This document shows positions 29,960 through 38,799 of a stretch of DNA of 64,000 nucleotides, piece after piece. Within the stretch, counting starts at the first letter, position 1, and every line of letters starts with the position of its first letter. The notes under the pieces are model-generated. The model ran no database searches, was not told the DNA's origin, and saw only the letters and a program-made list of their open reading frames with translations. Source of the DNA: a virus; the IMG/VR virus record IMGVR_UViG_3300031746_000002, positions 74,901-138,900 of that record, one strand, 5' to 3'. The position numbers and the translations under genes are program-made.

Positions 29960-30241
29960 ATGTCAAAACCAGAAAGAGTTCATATAACAAAGAAAATTAT
30001 AAATGAAGCAGTTGGACGTTTTAAAAAAATTGTAGCTGGCAGGTTATACCAAAAGGGATCAGGTGCTTTCATAAACAATCATGAAACTCTTGGCATTATT
30101 ACTGAAGAATATTATGAGTTGATAGAAGCAGTAAAAACAGATGATGATGAAAAAGTATTACATGAATTACAAGACATAGGCGTTGCTTGCATTTTAGGTT
30201 GGATAGGTATAGTATTAGGATGGAGGGAAATAGATAAATGA
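29960..30241 (+). CDS. MazG-like all-alpha NTP pyrophosphatase domain protein
   Basis: GIITEEYYELIEAV...HELQDIG. Confidence 0.55.
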   Translation: MSKPERVHITKKIINEAVGRFKKIVAGRLYQKGSGAFINNHETLGIITEEYYELIEAVKTDDDEKVLHELQDIGVACILGWIGIVLGWREIDK

Positions 30242-30791
30242 AAACAATATACAAGTATGTAGTACCTCATGATGGCACTGAAATACAAATGCCAATAGGT
30301 GCAGAGATATTAACTGTTGCAATGCAAGTAGGTGAAATATACATCTGGGCAATAGTTGATACTGATAATAAATTTGAAACAAGAAAATTTATAGCCCAAG
30401 CTACAGGAAGAGAAATGCCAGAAGGCAAATTAAAATATATAGGAACTGTATTTATAGGGACTATGCTTATGGAGTTGGTGTTTCATGTGTTTGAGAAGCT
30501 GAAGGAGTTACAGTGAAAAAAGAAATAATGAATTTTAAAGATGCTATTAACATACTTAAAAATCTTACTGTTAATGATAAGAACGAATCTATAGATATAG
30601 GTATAAATCAATATGACGGTATTTATGAGCATGGTGAATTACATATAGATTTTGGTTTAGGAAATAGTTTTGAAGAAGCAGTAATTAGTGCTGCTAAGGA
30701 AGTAATAAGAAAATATCCAGAATATTCAAAATATTTAAGAATGCCAAATGATAAAATTTTAGAAAATTTTGAAAAGTTTAACTTGAGATAA
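30238..30791 (+). other. Two hypothetical genes (30238-30516, 30513-30791)
   Basis: ORF track, coupled starts. Confidence 0.55.
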
Positions 30792-30800
30792 GGAATTGCA

Positions 30801-31214
30801 ATGAGAAAAGCAATTGACATATGTGTTATCCCTTGGCATGAACGTTGGGCAGTCAAGAAGGACTCCTGCAAGCGACCAATAGTTACTTGCCAATATAAAT
30901 ACCAAGCAATTCATATTGCTGAAGAGCTGACCATCTGCGATAGGATGCCGACATCAGTAAAGATAGGATTAGATGATAGGTTATTCAATAGGGCTAAAAT
31001 CCATTATTTAGTAAGTTATAAAAAAGGAAAGATAGTAAGAACTGGTGTACATAAGTTGGTAAAGAAATTAGCACCAGCATTTGCTGCACCGCTTCGGATA
31101 AGATTGGATTATCAAGGAATTGCTAAAAGGTTGGTTCGTTCATTTAAGAAATTTAAAAGTAAGCTTCCAGTATACGATAAAGATCTGCCGAAACGAAAAA
31201 GGAGCAAACGATGA
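30801..31214 (+). CDS. DUF2188-like N-terminus fused to a major-capsid-like segment
   Basis: V.P...RWAVK...K.QAI..A; C-terminal LAPAFAAPLRIRLDYQGIAKR...PVYDKD aligns with the MCP. Confidence 0.65.
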   Translation: MRKAIDICVIPWHERWAVKKDSCKRPIVTCQYKYQAIHIAEELTICDRMPTSVKIGLDDRLFNRAKIHYLVSYKKGKIVRTGVHKLVKKLAPAFAAPLRIRLDYQGIAKRLVRSFKKFKSKLPVYDKDLPKRKRSKR

Positions 31215-31684
31215 GAAACGAACAAGAAACAATCGAACAGTATAGAAAAGAAGAGAAAGAAGTATTTAGCTTTGCAGAGGACTTGCTTGAATTCGTAACC
31301 TTTGAAGCGGCTAAAGAATTCATAGAACCAAAGCTTCTTAAAGATTATGAAAGCGGCAAAGAGAAGTGGACATTTACAAAACCTACAAGAGCAAATATAT
31401 TAAAGAAAATAAGGGACTACATGGAATTCGCATTAGGGAAAGCAGAAGACCACAGAGGATTATCAGCGGAAAGATCTATAGAACATTTCAAACATTGGGT
31501 CTGGCTGCTTGGCGATAAGGATTATAAAGTAATTAATTGGGAGAACTATACCAATTATGGTACACCAATATTAAAACAAATCTGCGAAGTATATGAAATA
31601 GACTTTCCTGAAGACAATCATAAATTAGTGAGTATGTCACAAGGAAAGAAATGCGACATTGAGTGCGAAGGATGTGGAGAATGA
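31211..31684 (+). CDS. Conserved hypothetical phage protein
   Basis: FALGKAEDHRGLSAERS..HF..WVWLLG; C-terminal Cys cluster. Confidence 0.6.
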   Translation: MRNEQETIEQYRKEEKEVFSFAEDLLEFVTFEAAKEFIEPKLLKDYESGKEKWTFTKPTRANILKKIRDYMEFALGKAEDHRGLSAERSIEHFKHWVWLLGDKDYKVINWENYTNYGTPILKQICEVYEIDFPEDNHKLVSMSQGKKCDIECEGCGE

Positions 31685-32061
31685 AACAAAAAACTATAGC
31701 AGTAGATTTCGATGGAGTACTAGCATCATATAATGGCTGGAAAGGTTTTGATGTATTGGGACGACCCGATGCTTATATCATTACATTGTTACATGATTTA
31801 CACCAAGAGGGTTGGAAAATAATAATCTTCACAACACGACAAGATACCCCTACATTAAGGGAATGGTTAAAGATATATGAAGTACCATTTAATGAAATAA
31901 ATAGAAACTCAGATAATCCTGAATGTACATCTATCAAACCTATCTATGATATTATATTAGATGATAGAGCAATAAACTATCACGGGCAAAATGTTAGTGA
32001 AATAAAAGATCAGATAGCGGAAGTATTAGCAAACGATGAGAAACGAAAAGATAAAGAATGA
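31681..32061 (+). CDS. HAD-superfamily phosphatase-like protein
   Basis: AVDFDGVL, FTTR, KP.YD..LDDRA. Confidence 0.8.
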   Translation: MKQKTIAVDFDGVLASYNGWKGFDVLGRPDAYIITLLHDLHQEGWKIIIFTTRQDTPTLREWLKIYEVPFNEINRNSDNPECTSIKPIYDIILDDRAINYHGQNVSEIKDQIAEVLANDEKRKDKE

Positions 32062-33675
32062 CAAAAGTTAAATTACAATTTATGGTAGCAGATTTAGATA
32101 GGGTTGCTTATGTTCCTAATAGGGTCAAGATAAAAATTACAGACCCTGAAGCAATATGTATTACAGGCATGTTGGGTGAAAGCGGCAGGAAGCTTGTCAA
32201 GCAAGGAATATATTTTTACTTCACAAAAAGACTGGCTAACAAACTTATCAGAATGGGTGTCGCTGAAAAGGTAGAATAAAAAAGCTTAGTAATAAAATAA
32301 GGGAGCAATAAAATGATTTACATATCTACAGGAACAGTTGCTATGAGCCAAGATGCAAGACAGTTCTGGATTACTGCAGGAAGTATAGGAATAGTTCTTG
32401 TAGTAATTCTTGCACTTATAGGAGTTGGTTTTTTAATAAGCAAAACAATTAAAAACGCTTAAGGAGAAACAAATGAAACAATCAGCATGGAAAAAATTAG
32501 TAGAACTTATTAATTCATTTAATACTACACCGCTTATGCACCCAAGAGTATCAAGGAAATATATAATGAAGACTTTGCAACCTTGCAAAGGATGTACTTT
32601 AGACAATTATAAACTGATACTTATGAAGTTAGGATATCTTAAGAAGGTACATGCAGGTGTTTATGAAATAATGAATAGAATACCAATGAGTCTTACAAGT
32701 GAAGAAGCATGGAAGCAATGCGGCTATCACAAAGGAAAACGAAATGCCAGAAGCAGAAAGAGTAAAATCAACAGGTAAATATAGCTATACCATAATGTTT
32801 TGTAATGCTGCTTATGGCAGGGAATTTAATATAAGAGCAAATAATATATTTTCTGCAATTAAGAAAGGGACAGACGTTATAAAGAAAAGAATAGCAAAGA
32901 TAAATCCAGAGTTTGAAAAAGACGGACAGGATATCCCATTAAGAATATGGAGAGATTGGGAATAAGGAGAAACAAATGAAACTTGGAATTGAAGTAGATT
33001 TAAAGAGGTTAGAAGACGGTAAATGGCATGTGATGGATGTTCAATATCTTAGTGTTAATCCAGACGAGAAAGAAAATCAAGAGAAAGATTTATTATTTCA
33101 AGGTATAGCATCACATCTTAAAGCTACAACATTTAGTCATAGGATAGTTCCAGATGTGCCGGAGACCAAATGAATAAGAAATTATCTAGAACTAATGAGT
33201 TAAGAAAAGAAAGTGGTAAAGTAACTAGCAATGATGAATTGGTAGCATTCTTATATGTGCTTATGCGGGACCATCTTCCTTGCGGACAAGTAGAACAAAT
33301 AATCCAAGATAATATTCTTGCGCAGAAAGAAGAAAAGATTACATTTAGTAATGGCTATCTTGCAAACTATGCTAAAAATTTAGCTAACATTTTAAGGAGG
33401 AACAAATGAACAGAACAGATTGGGTTGACATTTTTGTTAAATTGTTATTAGCGGGGTTAAGTGCAGTTGTATTGGGCGTTGCAGGTAAAACTATAGAGGC
33501 TATTCCTAAATTAGCAATTTATAATGGAATTAAACATGCATGGGAATATCTAGTTTGGATAGTGCCTATAAGTATTCCTAATGCGTTGCTTTCAATAGGT
33601 GGCTGGATAATAATAGCAGCTGTTATTTCATTGATTATTTTGTTAATGATAAACATCATAAAAAAGCATATATAA
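32058..33675 (+). other. Run of small hypothetical genes
   Basis: ORFs at 32058, 32473, 32699, 32976, 33170, 33406 (TM). Confidence 0.5.
32284..32293 (+). promoter_or_regulatory. GCTTARTAAT motif, copy 4
   Basis: GCTTAGTAAT, intergenic. Confidence 0.4.
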
Positions 33676-33694
33676 AAATAAATAAACTTTCCTA

Positions 33695-33723
33695 TTTACG
33701 TTTTCGTCGAAATATAGTATAAT
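33695..33723 (+). promoter_or_regulatory. Sigma70-type early promoter, copy 3
   Basis: TTTACG-TTTTCGTCGAAATATAG-TATAAT. Confidence 0.8.
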
Positions 33724-33770
33724 ATAATTAAGGAAAAGGAACAAAGACAAAACGATAAAGGAGGAAAGCA

Positions 33771-34571
33771 ATGGAACTCAAACTGGAAAACGGAAAAGTG
33801 GTGGAATTAAGTAGAGAAGATTTAATAAAACAGTTAAATCAAAAGACAGAAGAATTAAAGCAGCTTAATTTAAAGCAACGCGAAATAGATGTTAGATCGC
33901 ATGCAATCCTCGATAGTTTATTACCTCAGTTAAAATCATATTTTGTTGGACTTCCTCAAGCAGTTAAAATCGCAATAGAAGATTCAAGGATAAGATTCGG
34001 GATGCAAAAACCAGATAAGGATTATGATACTGGAATATTTGATTTGAATATCAGTCATACATATTCAGAACCAGAAGTTGTAAATATATACCTTAATTAT
34101 TATACAACGATGACAGATATCAATGATTCATTTGAGCTGATAAGATTAGAAGCACTTGGTGTTTTTGCTAACACGCTTAGAGATGTAACTTTTATAGGTA
34201 AAGTTACAGAAGGGTATAAAGCATATTGGAAGTTCGGCAATGAAAACTATGTTTCAGTTCATTCAGTTACTGAAAGCATCAAGAAGCTTCAAAAGCAAAT
34301 TAAAGAAATAAATTTCAAAGCAAAGTTAGTTCTTGGTGTAATATTTAATACTGAAAATAATTCACATGTTCCATTTTACTTTGGTGAAAGAAGTTATTTC
34401 TACGCTGATACAATAGAAATCATAAAGATAAACGCTAAGTCAGTTAAAGTTAAATACAAAAATCCAAGATATGAAGGTGAACAGATAATAGATAGGGACT
34501 GGATGGAACGCATATTTAATAAAATAGAAGAAGTTAAGAAAATTAAAGTAATCACAAAGGATATGGTGTAA
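33771..34571 (+). CDS. Hypothetical early protein
   Basis: AGGAGG SD directly after the promoter. Confidence 0.6.
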   Translation: MELKLENGKVVELSREDLIKQLNQKTEELKQLNLKQREIDVRSHAILDSLLPQLKSYFVGLPQAVKIAIEDSRIRFGMQKPDKDYDTGIFDLNISHTYSEPEVVNIYLNYYTTMTDINDSFELIRLEALGVFANTLRDVTFIGKVTEGYKAYWKFGNENYVSVHSVTESIKKLQKQIKEINFKAKLVLGVIFNTENNSHVPFYFGERSYFYADTIEIIKINAKSVKVKYKNPRYEGEQIIDRDWMERIFNKIEEVKKIKVITKDMV

Positions 34572-34573
34572 CA

Positions 34574-35879
34574 ATGGTTAGTATTGAACTTACAATAGCA
34601 CATATAGAGCATTGTAAAAACTGGAACATGAGTTGTTATGAATGCGAATATAGTGGTGGTGATACTGGTTGTTATGACAGTGTAGAAATCAATGGTAAGA
34701 CAAAGTATCCTAAAGATTTAACAAAGGAAGATATAAAACAGTTAACAAAGGAGCCTAAATGAAACTACAGATAGATGCGAAAAAGAATGAGCAGGGCGAA
34801 TATATATTCCAAGGGCAACCTATTCATATAGGAGACGACCTGATACCCCGACAATTAAGGTCTACTAAGGGTAAAGTATTTATAAAACATATTAAAGGTA
34901 TAGAAGACTCACCCAACGTTAAAGGCGTTATATTAGTAGACATAGAAGAAATTGAACTAACAACTGAACAAACAGTGCAACTATTAAAGTTAATGAAAAA
35001 GGCTTAATAATTAAATAAGGATAAACAAATGAAATGTAAAGCAACACTTATAACAAGCCATTTCAATATGCCAAGAGAGGAACCTTGCCAGAATGAAGCA
35101 AAGACAAAGGAAGGATATTGTTTAATACACGATGCAGCTAGAATGGAACAACGACGTTTAAAGAATTTAAAGAAACGTGAAATAACAATGGAAAGAAAGC
35201 ATAAATTATACATAGCTTATTTAACAACTAAACAAAGGAATAACAAATGAAATATCAACCAGGCGATAGAGTGGAATTCAAAAGTTTTCCAGACAATAAG
35301 AAGGGTGAAATCATTGAAATAAGAAATGATAAATATGGTGAGCGATATCTTATTGATGGCGATAATAGAATGGGTTATAGTAGAAAAGAAGATGAAGTCA
35401 TAAGACTCATCAGGAAGAAAAAATGAAACATATATTTATTATTTACGATGGAAGAGCAGCTGGTGGAGATACTGAAGATGCAAGTGTATATGAATCTTGT
35501 GATACATTACAGGAAGCACAGAAAGATAGAAAAGAAATGTTTCCTGATGGTGTAATTTATCGTTATGATATAAATGGCAAAGAGATGACAAATGAAACGT
35601 TCATGAATAATTAAAAGGAATAACATGAGCATCATATATAAAGAAAATAAAAAATTGATTGATAGAATAATTTCTGATATTTTGAAAACAAGAGATGCTG
35701 AAGGATTTAATAGTATAGCATTTATTCATAGATCAGATTGTGAAGTTATATCTCGTAAAATATTAATTAAAGAAAATATCCTATTGGATAAAATTATGGA
35801 TATTGAAGATGCTGTTTGGTATAAAATTTTAGATAAAAGAGATAAAATGAGAGCGAATCTAGACAAGGAGAATTATTAA
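34574..35879 (+). other. Run of small hypothetical genes
   Basis: ORFs at 34574, 34759, 35029, 35423, 35625. Confidence 0.5.
35002..35011 (+). promoter_or_regulatory. GCTTARTAAT motif, copy 5
   Basis: Overlaps the stop of the 34759 ORF; preceded by AAGTT. Confidence 0.45.
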
Positions 35880-36322
35880 TGGATAAAATTAAATACATAG
35901 TATTAGAACATTCAGCTGATATTCTTATTGAAGTAGAAGGTAAGACACTTGGTGAATTGTTCAGGAATGCAGCGATAGGAATGTGCGAAGAAGTATTAGA
36001 TAACAACACAGTACATTATGAATTCGTTTGTATAGGTGGTTTATTATATTGTGAAAATATTGAATATGGTGAAATCAATGTATTTGATAATATAGAGAAT
36101 GCATTAAAGAATTTTCTTGATCGTGTTAAAGAAATATTATATGATAAAAGAATGTATCCGCAAAATATTCAATTTGATGTGAATGGAATTTCATTATATA
36201 AAACTTTATTAAATCCTGAAGCAGTTTTCTGCGATGAAATAAAAGCAGTCACATTACATATGATGAAGATTACTAGGAGCGAAGATGGTATCTGGAGAAC
36301 TAAAGTATTATTTGATGTATAG
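35879..36322 (+). CDS. Archease (RtcB cofactor family)
   Basis: LEHSADILIEVEGKTLGELFRNAA.GM...EIKAVTLH...VLFDV. Confidence 0.85.
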   Translation: MDKIKYIVLEHSADILIEVEGKTLGELFRNAAIGMCEEVLDNNTVHYEFVCIGGLLYCENIEYGEINVFDNIENALKNFLDRVKEILYDKRMYPQNIQFDVNGISLYKTLLNPEAVFCDEIKAVTLHMMKITRSEDGIWRTKVLFDV

Positions 36323-36330
36323 GAGGAACA

Positions 36331-37651
36331 ATGGATATAAAGAAAATATTAGAAAAATTTGAACAAGATATGCATGAAGCAGGAATGGAGAGAAAATTAG
36401 GAAATAGAATAACAGGTAAAGACAAAGCATATAAAGAAGCTATAGAAGCAATTGAAGAATATGGCAAAGAACGCCGTAATAGTGGCTATCCAGATGCAAA
36501 GGACGATATATAATGCCAGAAAATAATAAAGTAAAGATTACTATAGTACTTGAAGCTGAAGTTGATGCTGATGGTAACTATAAAGCACTATCAATTGAAG
36601 AGTCTGAAACTAAAAGACTTAACGAACAGAAGCAAAAGGATAGCGAAGGGTTTAAAGTAATATATGAAGACATGATAAAGAAGTTTGCTAAGTCAGGATT
36701 ATTCAAAGCTTGGGTTGATGATTTTATAAAGGAGCAAAAATGACAGTTAAAAATATGATACTTAAAAAATTTGAAGATGAATGGTCAAAAATAATGGTAA
36801 TCAAAATGCAAGAGAAGTTTGGCTATACTCATGCTTTTAAAATATCTTTTGATTATGAAAAACAAAAAAGAACAATAGAATGGGGCGATGTTGATATAAG
36901 CACAACGATGCAAAAGAAATGGAAGCATTATGCAGAAGGATTAAATGATAGTTTAAGTGCAATGTTGATTATGTTAAAAGAAATAAAAACATAAAGGAGG
37001 AAACAAATGAAAATAGATAAAGATTTTCCAGATTTCTTAAAGAGCTTAGCAGAGTTCTTTGGGCCAATGCTGGGAATAATAGCTATCATTGTTGTATTGG
37101 CTATTATAAATCCTATTATACTTTTCATATCTTTAATCTTAGCTGCTATATTTAGTGCTTTAGGAATAATGTGGGAAGGTTTTAAAGATATGAAAGAGGG
37201 GCGTTATCACAGTTTCACTGGTGGTTTTGGAGTTAATGTAAATAACGTTAATGAAATTGCAGATAGTATTGCAAATAAAATAAAGGAAAAGAAATGATAA
37301 ATGGAAATGATATAGTCTTAATACTCATCTTAGTGGTACTCATTGAAATCATGATAGAGGTATGCCACATTGAAAAGATTTTGAAAGGGGAAAACAATGA
37401 CAAAGAAAATGAAGAACAGAATGGTAACAAAGTTTCCACTAAAAGTATTGAAAGCAAAAGCGAAGAATAAGCATGAGTTTATTTTGCCAGAATACAAAGT
37501 TAATTTCGCTGACTTGGAACATATTGAATTTGAATTGAGAATGACAGGCATTGATTTGGGTTTGGTTGATAATAAGATTATACGTAAAAGAGTTAAACAC
37601 GCTTTAGAAACAATTAGCAGAATATATAAAAGCAATGAAATCAAAAAGTAA
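36331..37651 (+). other. Run of small hypothetical genes
   Basis: ORFs at 36331, 36513, 36740, 37007 (TM), 37397. Confidence 0.5.
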
Positions 37652-37654
37652 TCC

Positions 37655-37683
37655 TTTACTTTTTCACCGAAATATAGTATAAT
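37655..37683 (+). promoter_or_regulatory. Sigma70-type early promoter, copy 4
   Basis: TTTACT-TTTTCACCGAAATATAG-TATAAT. Confidence 0.78.
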
Positions 37684-37701
37684 GAAGTAAAGGAGGAAAC
37701 A

Positions 37702-38154
37702 ATGAAACTAAAAAATGAATTCATGAATGTAGAAGTAAGCAAAGACAAAACAAGAGGGGAAAAACGAATAATGCCAGCGAATAAAGATAGAAAACCAGAT
37801 TACATATCTCCACAAGGCAGAAAATTTTATCTTCAAAAGATTTCTACAAATTATGCTAAAGATTTGGGATTGCAAAGAGTTCAAGTCTTTAATGTAGACA
37901 ACATGCGAATAATAGTTCAAGATGGAAAAGTAGTTTATGAGAATAGTAGTATAGAAATGATAGGGGCTCATTTAGATATTATGAGTTTAAATAAAAAGGA
38001 GGCAGTCATGGCGCAAGGAAGATGTATGAAGTGTAAGAAACAAGTTGAAATCAAGAACGGAGTTGAAGTAACAATGAAGAACGGTAGACCTGCAATGAAG
38101 GGCGAATGCCCAATCTGCGGCACAAAAGTATTCTGCATTCTTAAAAAGAAGTAA
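37702..38154 (+). CDS. Hypothetical protein with C-terminal DUF5679-like Zn ribbon (own start at 38008)
   Basis: AGGAGG + ATG 38008: CMKCKK...MKNGRPAMKGECPICGTKVF. Confidence 0.65.
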   Translation: MKLKNEFMNVEVSKDKTRGEKRIMPANKDRKPDYISPQGRKFYLQKISTNYAKDLGLQRVQVFNVDNMRIIVQDGKVVYENSSIEMIGAHLDIMSLNKKEAVMAQGRCMKCKKQVEIKNGVEVTMKNGRPAMKGECPICGTKVFCILKKK

Positions 38155-38161
38155 ATCATAC

Positions 38162-38228
38162 GAGGCAAGGAAAGTGAAAGTGGGCTTTAGGTTACCAATG
38201 GGTCCATAACGACACTTTCCTTGTCCTC
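38162..38228 (+). other. Long imperfect RNA hairpin at the end of the accessory region
   Basis: GAGGCAAGGAAAGTG/CACTTTCCTTGTCCTC with inner TGGGC/GTCCA. Confidence 0.6.
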
Positions 38229-38330
38229 CATATGCCTATCCTATACATACCCAGCATACAGCCAGACCTCGTAGGCTCAATCTTTTCAACAATCTAACAT
38301 ATTACCATTCGAATCAAAATTCGTCAAACT

Positions 38331-38356
38331 GGGTTAACTAATAATATTATTATATA
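38331..38356 (+). promoter_or_regulatory. Putative late promoter/operator, copy 2
   Basis: GGGTTAACTAATAATATTATTATATA, upstream of the head block. Confidence 0.6.
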
Positions 38357-38361
38357 AATAT

Positions 38362-38780
38362 ATGGCTATTCTATCAGATAATGAAATTGCAGAGCTGCAA
38401 GATAACATATTAGCATCAATGAACCGTGCATTACGGGAATTAAACTTTATTAAAAGGCTACTCGATGAATACGACATTGATGCTTCATCTATTAAAAACA
38501 ACATAGCTCAAGCTGAAGGGCTAAAAAAAGAACTGTTACATAAAATCGAAGTACATAATGAAGAGCAGGAGGAAAGCTAATGTTTGAAAGAAAAGGAACA
38601 CCCGAAAAGATTATTGGCTTAGTTAAATTTAATGAAAAGAAAGCTACTGAAATTAAATGTCCATTTTGCGCAGCAATCGTTGGATGTGAAAATTGTGGAA
38701 TTAAAAAAGTAGGCGAATTGAAAGTGATAGGCCGAATACAAGTAAGATGTCCTTCCTGTGGTAAAGAATTCGAAATATAA
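38362..38780 (+). other. Two small genes (coiled coil 38362-38580; Zn ribbon 38580-38780)
   Basis: CPFC...CPSC. Confidence 0.55.
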
Positions 38781-38799
38781 AAAAGGGAGAATATAAATC

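Noticed and set aside
37984-38005. SLNKKEA as a cleavage linker in ORF 37702
   Set aside because: It is the translation of the AAGGAGG SD of the internal 38008 start, uses AGT rather than TCA, and lies in an early gene
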